Shown: positions 1-10,602 of the stretch, piece after piece | Position numbering within the stretch: the first letter of the stretch is position 1 | How the letters are laid out: every line of letters begins with the position of its first letter | Assembly: GCA_046594915.1 (NCBI GenBank) | Contig: JBKJRC010000014.1 | Location: 86,245 to 150,244 of the forward strand | DNA: 64,000 nt | DNA from: Methylotenera sp. | GTDB taxonomy: Bacteria; Pseudomonadota; Gammaproteobacteria; Burkholderiales; Methylophilaceae | Reading direction: 5' to 3' | Notes under the pieces: generated by a model | What the model was told of the DNA's origin: nothing | Database searches by the model: none | What the model saw: the letters and a program-made list of their open reading frames with translations, nothing else | Made by a program: the position numbers and the translations under genes

Positions 1-1
1 A

Positions 2-238
2 CTGACACTAAAACGTGGGGTTACTGACCAATTAGAGATGCATACACTGGGTCACCCTTTATGGATTAAAACCAACATTAGCGCTGGCAAAAATAACGCC
101 TACGCAAGCGGCATTAACGGCAACGGAGCTGACCGTGGCAAGATTACACTCGTGGTGCCTGTCGATGCACCTGCGGTTTTGTTTTATAACTGCCAATACC
201 ATATTGTGATAAACGTCAAAATCAATATTATTGATTAA
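2..238 (+). CDS. 3' end of a gene truncated by the window edge; cupredoxin-like domain protein
   Basis: Frame is open from base 2 (LTLKRGVTDQLEMHTLGHPLW...), so the ATG at 38 is internal. GHPLWIK...ITLVVPVDAPAVLFYNCQYH resembles small cupredoxin-like beta-sandwich domains (His...Cys-x2-His). Confidence 0.5.
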   Translation: MTLKRGVTDQLEMHTLGHPLWIKTNISAGKNNAYASGINGNGADRGKITLVVPVDAPAVLFYNCQYHIVINVKINIID

Positions 239-243
239 TTAAG

Positions 244-1938
244 TTAAATCTTTAGCATCTCTGTTGCATGCTGACGTGTTGTTTCGGTAATTTGAATCCC
301 ACCCAACATTCGCGCGATTTCTTCTATGCGCTCATTAGCACTTAATATTTGAATTCGACTTAAAGTGGCGCCATTTGTTTGGGCTTTGCTCACCTGCAAA
401 TGCTGCGCCGCAAGTGAGGCCACTTGGGGCAAATGCGTAATGACCAATACTTGGCGCTCTGCACCTAATTGTTTGAGTAACTGCCCAACCACCTCTGCCA
501 CGCCACCGCCGATGCCTACATCAACTTCATCAAAAATCATGCAATCTACATTTTTAGTATTGACGCTGCCTTGGCCTGCGCTTTGGCCTTCGCCAATAGA
601 GCTTAAAGCTAAAGTCACATGCAGTGCCAAGCTGATGCGCGATAACTCACCGCCTGAAGCGATCTTATTTAATGGTCGCGGCTCAACGCCTGCGTGGCCT
701 GCTACCATAAATTCTACTGTTTCTAAACCGTTCACTGACGGTTCACACATTTGTAAAAGCACTTCAAATTGGCCACCACTTAATGATAAACGCTGCATTT
801 CTGCACTGATTTTTTGACTTAATTTTTTAGCTGCACGCAGACGTTGTTGGCTTAAAGTTTGAGCAGATATATGGTACGCAGTTAAGGCTTCCAACTCTTG
901 TTTTGCCAGCGTCCCGTCATTGGCAAAACTTTCTAGCTCTGCCATGCGCATTTGACAAGTGGCCAATAAATCGTCCAACTCTTCTGGCCGCGCACGATAT
1001 TTGCGTGCAGCGTTATGCACGGCCTGAATACGATTTTCCACCTCAATTAACCTTGCCGGGTCTAATTCAGCTTTTTGTAAATAGCGGTTTAGCCCGCGGC
1101 TGGCTTCTTCCAATTGTATCAACGCAGAATCGACGCCATCAGCCGCCTCTTTTAATTGCGCATCGAACTCGGTTAATGTGCCTAATTTTTGCTGTACCTG
1201 TGTCAGCATTGCGCTCACATTGACATCGTTTTCATCCAATAACGCAATGCAAGCCTCTAAACCCGTTAACAAACTAGCACCATTGGCCAGTCGATGGTGT
1301 TCAAGTTGAATGTCTTGCCAATCGTCTAAGCTAAAATTCAGTTGCTGTAACTCGCGCGTTTTGTCGCGTAACTCAGCCAATTCATTGGCATAAACCGCTG
1401 CATTTTTTTCTACTTTTAGGCGTTGCACCTTCAAGCCATGCCAGGTTTTATAATGCTTAGCCACTTGGTTGGCCAACTCTGAACTAAACGCAAAGTCATC
1501 TAAAATTTGCCTTTGCATGCTTGGTTTAAGCAAGGAATGATGCGCATTTTGGCTGTAAATATCCACCAAAAACTCACCCAACTCTTTCATTTGATTAATC
1601 GTGGCTGAAGCACCATTAATAAACCCGCGGCTACGACCATCGGCATATATCACCCGTCGCAGCATTAATGCATCATCAACTGCAATTTCATTTTCACTTA
1701 ACCAGTTTTTTGCAGCAATATTTTCAGCAATCGAAAAAGTCGCGCTGATATCGGCTTTATCGGTGTCTGCACGCGCAATCAAGCCGTCATTTCGCGCGCC
1801 TAGCGCTAGCGATAGCGCATCGATAAGAATAGATTTACCCGCACCCGTTTCGCCAGTAAGCGTGGTAAAGCCGCTTGCAAACTCTAAATCGAGCGTGTCT
1901 ACAATAATAAAATCGCGAATGGAAAGTGCTTGTAACAT
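244..1938 (-). CDS. recN: DNA repair protein RecN
   Basis: Walker A GETGAGKS, SGGE signature, FDEVD Walker B, long coiled coil; 564 aa next to nadK. Confidence 0.97.
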   Translation of the reverse strand: MLQALSIRDFIIVDTLDLEFASGFTTLTGETGAGKSILIDALSLALGARNDGLIARADTDKADISATFSIAENIAAKNWLSENEIAVDDALMLRRVIYADGRSRGFINGASATINQMKELGEFLVDIYSQNAHHSLLKPSMQRQILDDFAFSSELANQVAKHYKTWHGLKVQRLKVEKNAAVYANELAELRDKTRELQQLNFSLDDWQDIQLEHHRLANGASLLTGLEACIALLDENDVNVSAMLTQVQQKLGTLTEFDAQLKEAADGVDSALIQLEEASRGLNRYLQKAELDPARLIEVENRIQAVHNAARKYRARPEELDDLLATCQMRMAELESFANDGTLAKQELEALTAYHISAQTLSQQRLRAAKKLSQKISAEMQRLSLSGGQFEVLLQMCEPSVNGLETVEFMVAGHAGVEPRPLNKIASGGELSRISLALHVTLALSSIGEGQSAGQGSVNTKNVDCMIFDEVDVGIGGGVAEVVGQLLKQLGAERQVLVITHLPQVASLAAQHLQVSKAQTNGATLSRIQILSANERIEEIARMLGGIQITETTRQHATEMLKI

Positions 1939-1982
1939 AGGTTTAATAACTTAGAGTAATGTGTCTATTTTTAGCAAAAATA

Positions 1983-2852
1983 TTAGCCCCAGTTGAGCTT
2001 GTTGCGCAACATCTCAAAATAACAATAGTCGTTAGGATGCAGCAATTTCACTTGTTTTTCCGCGCGCTTTACTAAAACCCGATCACCACTTTCTAGCACC
2101 ACTTGAAACTGTCCGTCGTAGCTTAATTGCCCATCATCGGTTTGCACGATTGCAATTTGAATCGAGCTAGAACTGTTGACTGCAATTGGACGATTACTTA
2201 GGGTATGCGGGCTAACAGGCACAATCGCAATTGCCTCTAAACTGGGATGCAAAATAGGGCCGCCTGCGCTTAACGCATACGCTGTCGTGCCGGTTGGTGT
2301 ACTCAAAATTAAGCCATCTGCGCGTTGTTTGTGTACAAATTTTCCATTAATTTCAACTGCAATCTCAATTAAACGCAGTCCGCCTTTAATCACCACATCA
2401 TTAAACGCTAAGCCTTGATGAATGGTTTTGCCACCGCGCAATACTTTTGCATTTAATAACATACGCGATTCTATTTGGTAGTTATTGGATAAAATTTTAT
2501 CCACCGCATTGAGCATTTTTTCTGCACGCAAATCGGTTAAGAACCCAAAGCGACCGCGATTAATGCCAACCAGCGGAATATTGTCATCAATCAGGTTTCT
2601 GGCCACGCTCAACATAGTACCATCGCCGCCCATCACAATTGCTAAATCGACTTTACTGCCAATTTTTGATAAAGGGGCCGTTTTAAAACCCGACAATTCT
2701 GCATGTTGAGCCGTGTTTTCTTCTATCCACACTTCAATTTTTTTGGCTTTTAAATGCCGCGCCAAATCCGCCAAATCCGTCTGCATTTGCTGCAAGGCAT
2801 TTTGATTCATGTACTTGCCGATAATGGCGATCGATTTAAACAGTTGCGTCAT
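1983..2852 (-). CDS. nadK: NAD(+) kinase
   Basis: GGDGT, GINRGRFGFL, NDVV and DGLILSTPTGTTAYALSAGGP motifs. Confidence 0.97.
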   Translation of the reverse strand: MTQLFKSIAIIGKYMNQNALQQMQTDLADLARHLKAKKIEVWIEENTAQHAELSGFKTAPLSKIGSKVDLAIVMGGDGTMLSVARNLIDDNIPLVGINRGRFGFLTDLRAEKMLNAVDKILSNNYQIESRMLLNAKVLRGGKTIHQGLAFNDVVIKGGLRLIEIAVEINGKFVHKQRADGLILSTPTGTTAYALSAGGPILHPSLEAIAIVPVSPHTLSNRPIAVNSSSSIQIAIVQTDDGQLSYDGQFQVVLESGDRVLVKRAEKQVKLLHPNDYCYFEMLRNKLNWG

Positions 2853-3047
2853 CTCACTATTAAATCATAGATAGGGTATTTGAAAAAGTGAGCCTATAAA
2901 AATACTCGCAAAAAAGCATCCATTAATTTTTAAGCTAATTAAAACTGAACTTCAGTTGCCAAATGTTCACAAGCAAGTCTTTAAATAAGGCAAAATGACA
3001 ACATATTTTTAACAATACTGTTGATATCGTATTAACCTGTAAATATT

Positions 3048-4058
3048 GTGGACAAGCGCGCGCAAATCTTATTAAAAACTCTGGTTGAACATTACATCAG
3101 TGATGGTCAGCCGATTGGTTCGCGCACATTATTGCAGCATTCTGGCTTAGATGTTAGCCCAGCGACCATTCGCAATGTGATGAGCGATTTGGAACATTTG
3201 GGTTTTATCGCCAGCCCGCACACGTCAAGTGGGCGCATTCCAACGCAAAAAGGTTATCGATTATTTGTCGATTCATTATTAACGGTGCAACCGCTAGAAA
3301 CTCACGCGATTGCGCAATTAAAAAGCGGTTTAAATTCGCCTAATCAAAGTGAATTGATTAACAGCGCGGCCGATATGCTATCGCAATTGACGCAATTTGC
3401 AGGCGTGGTGATGATTCCAAAACGGCAACGGGTTGCGTTTAAGCATTTGGAATTTTTACCGCTGACTGAAAAACGTATTCTGGTGATTATTGTGACCAGC
3501 GATGGCAATGTGCAAAACCGTATTATTTTGTCTGAAAAACCTTATTCAGGCAGCGAGTTAACCCAAGCCAGCAACTACTTTAATGCGCATTTTGCTGGCC
3601 AAACTTTTGATGAAGTGCACATTAAATTGCATGCCGAATTGCAACAAATGCAATCGGATATGAATAAACTAATGAGTGCCGCATTAGAAGCTAGTAATAA
3701 AGCCGCCGATAATAATGGCGTAGTAATTGCGGGCGAACGCAATTTACTGCAAGTGGACGAGCTATCGACTAATGTGAATAGCCTGCGCAAACTGTTTGAG
3801 ATATTTGAGCGACGCACTAGCTTAATGCAATTGCTAGATAACAGCCAACGCGCAGAAGGCATTCAAATTTTCATTGGCAACGAAAGTGGCTACTTGCCGC
3901 TGGATGAGTGCAGCATGGTCACCGCGCCGTATGAGGCAGATGGCCAAGTGGTTGGCACTTTAGGCGTGATTGGCCCGACCAGAATGGCTTACGAACGCGT
4001 GATTCCGATTGTGGATGTGACCGCAAAACTGCTGTCGAATGCCTTATCAAGTAATTAA
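3048..4058 (+). CDS. hrcA: Heat-inducible transcription repressor HrcA
   Basis: SPATIRNVMSDLE wHTH, PHTSSGRIPT, GVIGPTRMAY; GTG start. Confidence 0.97.
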   Translation: MDKRAQILLKTLVEHYISDGQPIGSRTLLQHSGLDVSPATIRNVMSDLEHLGFIASPHTSSGRIPTQKGYRLFVDSLLTVQPLETHAIAQLKSGLNSPNQSELINSAADMLSQLTQFAGVVMIPKRQRVAFKHLEFLPLTEKRILVIIVTSDGNVQNRIILSEKPYSGSELTQASNYFNAHFAGQTFDEVHIKLHAELQQMQSDMNKLMSAALEASNKAADNNGVVIAGERNLLQVDELSTNVNSLRKLFEIFERRTSLMQLLDNSQRAEGIQIFIGNESGYLPLDECSMVTAPYEADGQVVGTLGVIGPTRMAYERVIPIVDVTAKLLSNALSSN

Positions 4059-4208
4059 ACTTAACATGCAGTTCGGAAACGTTATTTGCGCTTTTTTGAT
4101 GCAAAAAATGCGCTAACTTAATGCATTTTAATACCAATTAATGGCTTTCAATCCGCTTGCGCTACATTGCTAATAGCTATTGACGCAGGTTTAATCTAAA
4201 ATTGGGCA

Positions 4209-5315
4209 ATGGCTTACTACAACCCCGAACCACCTTTCAATCATGGCGATCAACTTAAAGTCGGCATTTTAATTGCCAACTTAGGTACGCCAGATGCGGC
4301 AACTTCTAGCGCGTTACGGCGCTATTTAAATCAATTTTTAATGGATAAACGTGTGGTTGAGATTCCGCGCTTTATTTGGTGGTTTATATTAAATGGCATT
4401 ATTTTGGTGATTCGCCCCAAAAAATCGGCCGCTAAATACGCGCAAGTGTGGACGCCGCAAGGCTCGCCTTTACTAGTACACGCGCAAAAACAAATGCAAT
4501 TATTGCGTGGTTTTTTGGCACAAAAAGTAAAGTCCCCTTTTGCGGTTGAGCTGGGCATGAGTTACGGTAACCCCAGCATGAAAGATGCGATTGAAAAACT
4601 CAAAGCCCAGCATTGCGATCGTATTTTGGTGTTTCCGCTATTTCCGCAATATGCTGCCAGCAGCACAGCCGCCGTGTTTGACGCGGTGTGGAACGTGTTA
4701 CTCAAGATGCGCAATGTGCCCGCGGTGCGCACTGTTCGCAGCTATCACGATCATCCTGCCTATATTGCGGCGCTGGCACAAAGTATTCTGGCTTATTGGC
4801 AAATAAACGGCAAGCCAAGCAAGTTGGTGATGAGCTTTCATGGTGTGCCAAAAGTACATTTAACCAAAGGCGACCCTTACCACTGCGCTTGCCACAAAAC
4901 TGGCCGTTTATTAGCGGAGGCGCTGGGTTTAAGTACAGAAGATTATGTAATCGCATTTCAATCGCGCTTTGGTAAGCAAGAATGGCTAAAACCCTATTTA
5001 GCAAACACGTTAGAAACTTTAGGCACAGCAAAAACTAAACGTATCGATGTAATTTGCCCAGGTTTTAGCTCTGATTGCCTGGAAACATTGGAAGAAATTG
5101 CCATGGAAGGCAAAGAGATTTTTACCCATGCGGGCGGCGGCGAATATCACTACATTCCTGCGTTAAATGAACATGACGATTGGATTCACGCGATGACGGA
5201 AATTGCGCTGGAAAACCTGCAAGGCTGGGTTTCTGCTGATTGGGACAGCGCACAGGCGAAAAAAGACAACGAAATGTGCAAATTAAGCGCGCAGGCTTTG
5301 GGCGCTAAACAATAA
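4209..5315 (+). CDS. hemH: Ferrochelatase
   Basis: NLGTPD, PLFPQY, SFHGVP, FQSRFG, CPGFSSDCLETLEEI motifs. Confidence 0.97.
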   Translation: MAYYNPEPPFNHGDQLKVGILIANLGTPDAATSSALRRYLNQFLMDKRVVEIPRFIWWFILNGIILVIRPKKSAAKYAQVWTPQGSPLLVHAQKQMQLLRGFLAQKVKSPFAVELGMSYGNPSMKDAIEKLKAQHCDRILVFPLFPQYAASSTAAVFDAVWNVLLKMRNVPAVRTVRSYHDHPAYIAALAQSILAYWQINGKPSKLVMSFHGVPKVHLTKGDPYHCACHKTGRLLAEALGLSTEDYVIAFQSRFGKQEWLKPYLANTLETLGTAKTKRIDVICPGFSSDCLETLEEIAMEGKEIFTHAGGGEYHYIPALNEHDDWIHAMTEIALENLQGWVSADWDSAQAKKDNEMCKLSAQALGAKQ

Positions 5316-5354
5316 GCGTTATACTTTCACCTTTGAGTGGATAGTGGCGCAACG

Positions 5355-6356
5355 ATGATCATAATCACAGGCGGTGCAGGCATGATTGGCAGTGTAATCG
5401 CCTGGCACCTCAACCAAAAATTAGGTCGCAATGACTTGGTTATTGTCGACCACATTACCCATGAAGCGCAATGGCAAAATCTTGTGCATCGCCAATATGT
5501 GGAATACTTGGACAAAGATCAGCTATTTGATTATTTAGATGCTAACGAAGAAGATACCGACATTGATGCGGTCATCCATATGGGCGCCATTAGCGCCACC
5601 ATAGAACGCGATTTTAATAAACTAGTAGAAGCCAATATCCACTACAGCCAAGATTTGTGGGGCTGGTGTGCGCAGCATGCAGTGCCGTTTTTTTATGCCA
5701 GTTCCGCCGCAACCTATGGCGATGGGTCCAACGGTTATGATGACGTAAGCATTGCTAAATTGCGCCCACTGAATGCGTATGGCTATTCAAAACATTTTTT
5801 TGATCAATGGGCGTTGCGTCAACAAGCTGAAAACGCGCCACAGCCGCCAGCATGGGCAGGCTTTAAGTTTTTTAATGTGTATGGCCCCAACGAATATCAC
5901 AAAGAACGCATGGCCAGCGTTGCTTTTCACACATTTAATCAGGTTAAGTCAACTGGTAGTATGAAGTTATTTAAAGGTACAAAAGCCGGTATTGCCGATG
6001 GCGAGCAAATGCGTGATTTTGTTTATGTAAAAGATTGTGCCAACATCATTGCGTATTTTCTCAATAGCGCGGTAGTGGACAAAAAGCCGTGCGAAAACGG
6101 TATTTACAATATTGGCACAGGTCAAGCACGCAGTTTTAAAGATTTAGCCACTGCTGTCATTGTCAATATGGGCATCAAACCAGTGATTGAATACATTGAT
6201 ATGCCAATCGACTTGCAAGGTAGATACCAATACTTTACCGAAGCCAATATGCAAAAATTGCGTGCTATTGGCTACACAATACCAATGACCAGCTTAGAAG
6301 AAGCGGTAAAAGATTATGTGCAAAATTACTTGATGCAAGCAGATGCATATTGTTAA
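5355..6356 (+). CDS. hldD: ADP-L-glycero-D-manno-heptose 6-epimerase
   Basis: ITGGAGMIGS Rossmann motif, YASSAATYG, PLNAYGYSK, FNVYGPNE. ATG at 5355 preferred over GTG at 5337. Confidence 0.93.
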   Translation: MIIITGGAGMIGSVIAWHLNQKLGRNDLVIVDHITHEAQWQNLVHRQYVEYLDKDQLFDYLDANEEDTDIDAVIHMGAISATIERDFNKLVEANIHYSQDLWGWCAQHAVPFFYASSAATYGDGSNGYDDVSIAKLRPLNAYGYSKHFFDQWALRQQAENAPQPPAWAGFKFFNVYGPNEYHKERMASVAFHTFNQVKSTGSMKLFKGTKAGIADGEQMRDFVYVKDCANIIAYFLNSAVVDKKPCENGIYNIGTGQARSFKDLATAVIVNMGIKPVIEYIDMPIDLQGRYQYFTEANMQKLRAIGYTIPMTSLEEAVKDYVQNYLMQADAYC

Positions 6357-6379
6357 AGCCAAAAATTTAAGGGTAATAA

Positions 6380-6943
6380 ATGATGAATTATATTGACTAC
6401 CTCAAAGGTGAACATGCGGCTCATATGGCCATGTTTGATCTGTTAGAACCGTTGTTTCCGCTCATTAGTGAAGTCGGCATTAATATGCAAAACTGCATCA
6501 AAAATGGTGGCAAAATTTTGATTATGGGCAATGGCGGCAGCGCCGCCGATAGCCAGCATATTGCAGCAGAAATTGTCGGGCGCTTTAAAAAAGAACGCAA
6601 AGGTATGCCAGCGATTGCGTTAACTACGGATACCTCTATCTTAACTTCGGTTGGCAACGATTATGGTTACGATTATATTTTTGCGCGCCAAATTGAAGCG
6701 CTGTGCCGCCCAGAAGACTTAGTGATTGGCATAACAACCAGCGGCAATAGTGCCAACGTAGTGCGCGCGATGGAAGCGGCAAAAGAAATTGGCGCAACCA
6801 CGGTTGGCTTAACAGGCGGCAGCGGCGGCAAATTAAATGCACTATGCGATTTTAATTTAATCATGCCGTCTGCAGTTACGGCGCGCATTCAAGAAGCGCA
6901 TATTTTTGTGGGTCATTCGCTCTGCGAAATTCTAGAATCTTGA
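6380..6943 (+). CDS. gmhA: D-sedoheptulose 7-phosphate isomerase
   Basis: [30 protein letters not shown] motifs. Confidence 0.96.
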   Translation: MMNYIDYLKGEHAAHMAMFDLLEPLFPLISEVGINMQNCIKNGGKILIMGNGGSAADSQHIAAEIVGRFKKERKGMPAIALTTDTSILTSVGNDYGYDYIFARQIEALCRPEDLVIGITTSGNSANVVRAMEAAKEIGATTVGLTGGSGGKLNALCDFNLIMPSAVTARIQEAHIFVGHSLCEILES

Positions 6944-8424
6944 TCAATATGCAGGAAAATTCCATTGATCCAATCGCATTAGAAGCAGCCGTTAAGCAAT
7001 TTGGGCATAATAAACAGCATGCGTTAGTGATCGGCGATGTAATGTTAGACCGCTATTTAATTGGCGCTGTCGGTCGTATTTCGCCAGAAGCACCTGTGCC
7101 GATTGTGTTGCTGAATCAGCAAAACGAGCGCGCTGGTGGCGCGGCCAATGTGGCGGCAAATTTGTCGTTGCTCGGCATTAAAACCCACATTATTGGTTGT
7201 GTTGGCGATGATAATGAAGGCGCGACTTTGCTTAAATTATTAGCGCAAATGAATATAGATGCAAACGGCATCTATGTTTCCACTAACCGCCCTACCATTG
7301 CCAAAACACGCATCTTAAGTGGCCACCAACAGATGTTGCGGCTGGATCAAGAAAGCGGCGCAGTGTTTAATAACACTGAAAATACCGGTTTAATGGCAGC
7401 CATCCAACAGCAATTAGCCTTAAAACCTGGCGTCGTGATTTTATCGGATTATGCAAAAGGCTTACTCAGCGAAACCACCTGTCAGGCGATTATTTCACAA
7501 TGCAAATCGATGAATATTGCCGTATTGGTTGATCCAAAAGGCCGCGATTACCGCAAATATAGTGGCGCTACCGCATTGACGCCAAACAAAAAAGAAACGG
7601 CCGAGGCGTGTAATACGGCCATGGATGATGACAATTTAATTCACAAAGCCAGCCAACTTAAGCAACAATTAAACTTAAGTTTTTTAGCGGTAACCCGTGG
7701 CGAAGAAGGTATTACACTCATAGACGACTCAACGCATCATTTGCCTGCTATCGCCAAACAAGTATTTGATGTTTCTGGCGCGGGCGACACCGTGATTGCA
7801 ACATTGGCGGCTGGTTTGATGCATGGATTAAGCCCGCTAACCAGCTTGCAATTAGCCAACATTGCGGCAGCCGTAGTGGTTGGCAAAGTTGGCACCGTGC
7901 CGATTTCGCAATTAGATTTATTACAAGCACTTGCCAGCCAGCAAAGTAGCGAGCAAGCGCATAAAATTTGCGACTTAAACCAGTTAACGGCCAAAGTGGA
8001 AGTTTGGAAGCAGCAAAATCAAACAATCGTTTTTACCAACGGTTGTTTTGATTTGTTGCATGCGGGCCATGTGACATACTTAGAAGCCGCAAAGAAGCGT
8101 GGAGATAAATTGATATTAGGCTTAAATACCGATCGCTCGGTGAGTGCGATTAAAGGCCCAACGCGACCAGTTGTGCACGAGAATGACCGCGCGCGCGTGT
8201 TGGCTGCACTGGAAAGTGTGGATGCGGTAATTTTGTTTGATGAAGATACGCCACTTAATTTGATTAATGCCATCAAGCCTAATGTGATTGCCAAAGGTAG
8301 TGATTACACTTCAGAGCAAGTTGTAGGTGGCAAAGAAGTGCAAAGTTGGGGTGGCGAAATCGCGCTGATCGATTTAGTTGCAGGCAAAAGTACCAGCAAT
8401 ATCATCAGTAAACTCAATACTTAA
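6940..8424 (+). CDS. hldE: Bifunctional heptose 7-phosphate kinase / heptose 1-phosphate adenylyltransferase
   Basis: PfkB domain ([23 protein letters not shown]) fused to cytidylyltransferase domain ([13 protein letters not shown]). Confidence 0.96.
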   Translation: MINMQENSIDPIALEAAVKQFGHNKQHALVIGDVMLDRYLIGAVGRISPEAPVPIVLLNQQNERAGGAANVAANLSLLGIKTHIIGCVGDDNEGATLLKLLAQMNIDANGIYVSTNRPTIAKTRILSGHQQMLRLDQESGAVFNNTENTGLMAAIQQQLALKPGVVILSDYAKGLLSETTCQAIISQCKSMNIAVLVDPKGRDYRKYSGATALTPNKKETAEACNTAMDDDNLIHKASQLKQQLNLSFLAVTRGEEGITLIDDSTHHLPAIAKQVFDVSGAGDTVIATLAAGLMHGLSPLTSLQLANIAAAVVVGKVGTVPISQLDLLQALASQQSSEQAHKICDLNQLTAKVEVWKQQNQTIVFTNGCFDLLHAGHVTYLEAAKKRGDKLILGLNTDRSVSAIKGPTRPVVHENDRARVLAALESVDAVILFDEDTPLNLINAIKPNVIAKGSDYTSEQVVGGKEVQSWGGEIALIDLVAGKSTSNIISKLNT

Positions 8425-8427
8425 CCG

Positions 8428-9462
8428 ATGCAAAAGGCCAAAATCTTAAACGCTAAGATTTTAGTCATAGGCCCCGCGTGGGTAGGTGATATGGTATTGG
8501 CGCAAAGTCTATTTAAAACGCTTAAAGCAAACCAGCCCAATTGCATCATCGATGTTGCTGCGCCTGCGTGGACTTTACCGTTATTAGACCGGATGCCAGA
8601 AGTTAACGGCAAAATTGCATTAACTTTTAAGCATGGTGAGCTGGCTTTTTGGCAACGTATTGCGTTTGGCAAAAGTTTAAAAAACCAAGAGTACACGCAA
8701 GCGATTATCCTCACTAATTCATTCAAATCGGCGCTACTCCCTTGGGCAGCTGGCATTCAAAAACGCACCAGTTTTTTAGGTGAAATGCGCTATGGTTTGA
8801 TTAACGATATTCGTGCTTTAGATAAAATCAAACTCAAAAAAACGGTTGAGCGCTTTGTTAGTTTAGGGCTTGAAAAAGAGCAAAAATTAGCAGAAAGCTT
8901 GCCAATTCCTCAACTTATCTCTGATAAATCTAATGCGTTAGCTGTTTTAAAAAAACTAGGCATGCCTGAACCAACTGTAAAAATTCTAGGGCTATGCCCA
9001 GGCGCAGAATTCGGCGAAGCCAAGCGCTGGCCTGCCGAATATTATGCAGAAGTGGCTAATGCCGCGTTGCAACAAGGCTGGCAAGTTTGGCTAATTGGCT
9101 CGGATAAAGACTTACCTGTGACCAATAAAATCAATCAGTTAACACGAAATAACTGCCAAAATTTAGGTGGCAAAACCACATTGGGTGATGCCATCGATTT
9201 GATGGCTTTATGCGATACTGTGGTAAGCAATGACTCGGGTTTGATGCATGTGGCAGCGGCACTTAATATAAAATTAATCGCTATTTTCGGCTCATCCGAC
9301 CCTTATCACACGCCACCGATGAGCACAAAAGCGGTGATTAAATATTTAGGTATATCATGCAGCCCATGTTTTCAGAGAACATGTCCTTTGCAACATTTTA
9401 ATTGCATGAAAAATATCAATGCCAACCAAATTACCAAGTTAATTAATTGGGAAAATAACTAA
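8428..9462 (+). CDS. waaF: LPS heptosyltransferase II
   Basis: GPAWVGDMVLAQS, CPGAEFGEAKRWP, SNDSGLMHVAAA; GT9. Confidence 0.93.
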   Translation: MQKAKILNAKILVIGPAWVGDMVLAQSLFKTLKANQPNCIIDVAAPAWTLPLLDRMPEVNGKIALTFKHGELAFWQRIAFGKSLKNQEYTQAIILTNSFKSALLPWAAGIQKRTSFLGEMRYGLINDIRALDKIKLKKTVERFVSLGLEKEQKLAESLPIPQLISDKSNALAVLKKLGMPEPTVKILGLCPGAEFGEAKRWPAEYYAEVANAALQQGWQVWLIGSDKDLPVTNKINQLTRNNCQNLGGKTTLGDAIDLMALCDTVVSNDSGLMHVAAALNIKLIAIFGSSDPYHTPPMSTKAVIKYLGISCSPCFQRTCPLQHFNCMKNINANQITKLINWENN

Positions 9463-9464
9463 TC

Positions 9465-10601
9465 ATGCGTCGCATAAAACTACTTCAATTACAGCCAGAT
9501 TTTAATGTAAGAAGCGATAATGCTGCCGATTTAGCAGAACAGATCCTGATTGGTTTGCCATCCGGCCAGTTTGAAGTAACATCCGCTTATTTATCTGGCA
9601 GACCGGCAAATGGCCAGCCTGCTTCGGTTGCTGCCAAAAGCCATTATTTTGATATTCCCACTGATAATTTGAATGGCATGCGTATTCAAGCGCTTTGGAA
9701 AGTTTTCTGGTTCTGCAAAAAAAATAAATTTGACGCCATTATTTGCAACCGATTTAAAACCGTCAGTGTTTTATTACTACTCAATAAAATATTACGCATA
9801 CCTTTATGCATCGGCATTTCACACATCACGGACGAATATCGCCGACCTTACAGAAGATGGCAAGTTAACACCTTTGCCGACAAAAATTGGCAATTTATTG
9901 GTGTATCCGATGCGGTTAAAGACTCTATGCTAAAACACGGCAAAGGTTTTACCATTGCCAACACGCACGCAATAGTCAATGGAATAGACGCTGAAGGAGT
10001 CGAGGCAAGACTGCTCACAAAAGAAACTTCTCGGCATCGGTTAAATCTGCCCGCCAATGCCACAATTATCGGAGCGATTGGACGATTAGCCAGTTCTAAA
10101 GGCCATACTTATCTGATTGAAGCACTTGCAAATCTGAAAAATAAATATCCTGACGCACATATAGGCATTATCGGTGTTGGTGATGAGAAGTTAAATCTTA
10201 AGGCCAAAGCACATGCAGTTGGCCTTGAGGGTAGAGTACATTTATTGGGCTTTGTCGAAAACGCCATTCAATATGTGAAAGGTTTTGATATATGGACGAT
10301 GCCTTCTGTGCGTGAAGGATTGGGATTGGCACTGCTTGAAGGTATGGCAGGAAGACTTCCTGTCATCGCGTCAGATCTGCCCGCAATGAAGCCACTTATT
10401 GATGGTGCGCAAGGGTTAAAGGTTAAACCAAAAAGTGTGGAAGATTTAACCAAAGCACTGGATACTTACCTTTCCATGAGCCCTGCAGAAAGACTGTTGC
10501 AGGGTGAAAATGCTTATCATTATGTTAAAACACATCATAATATAATCGATTATAGAGAAAAATACAGGCACTTTATTTTGAGCCATTTGCGAGTGGATTG
10601 A
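9465..10601 (+). CDS. Glycosyltransferase family 4 (LPS core)
   Basis: GT-B C-terminal EGLGLALLEGM (ExxxxxxxE) and GAIGRL motifs. Confidence 0.88.
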   Translation: MRRIKLLQLQPDFNVRSDNAADLAEQILIGLPSGQFEVTSAYLSGRPANGQPASVAAKSHYFDIPTDNLNGMRIQALWKVFWFCKKNKFDAIICNRFKTVSVLLLLNKILRIPLCIGISHITDEYRRPYRRWQVNTFADKNWQFIGVSDAVKDSMLKHGKGFTIANTHAIVNGIDAEGVEARLLTKETSRHRLNLPANATIIGAIGRLASSKGHTYLIEALANLKNKYPDAHIGIIGVGDEKLNLKAKAHAVGLEGRVHLLGFVENAIQYVKGFDIWTMPSVREGLGLALLEGMAGRLPVIASDLPAMKPLIDGAQGLKVKPKSVEDLTKALDTYLSMSPAERLLQGENAYHYVKTHHNIIDYREKYRHFILSHLRVD

Positions 10602-10602
10602 C

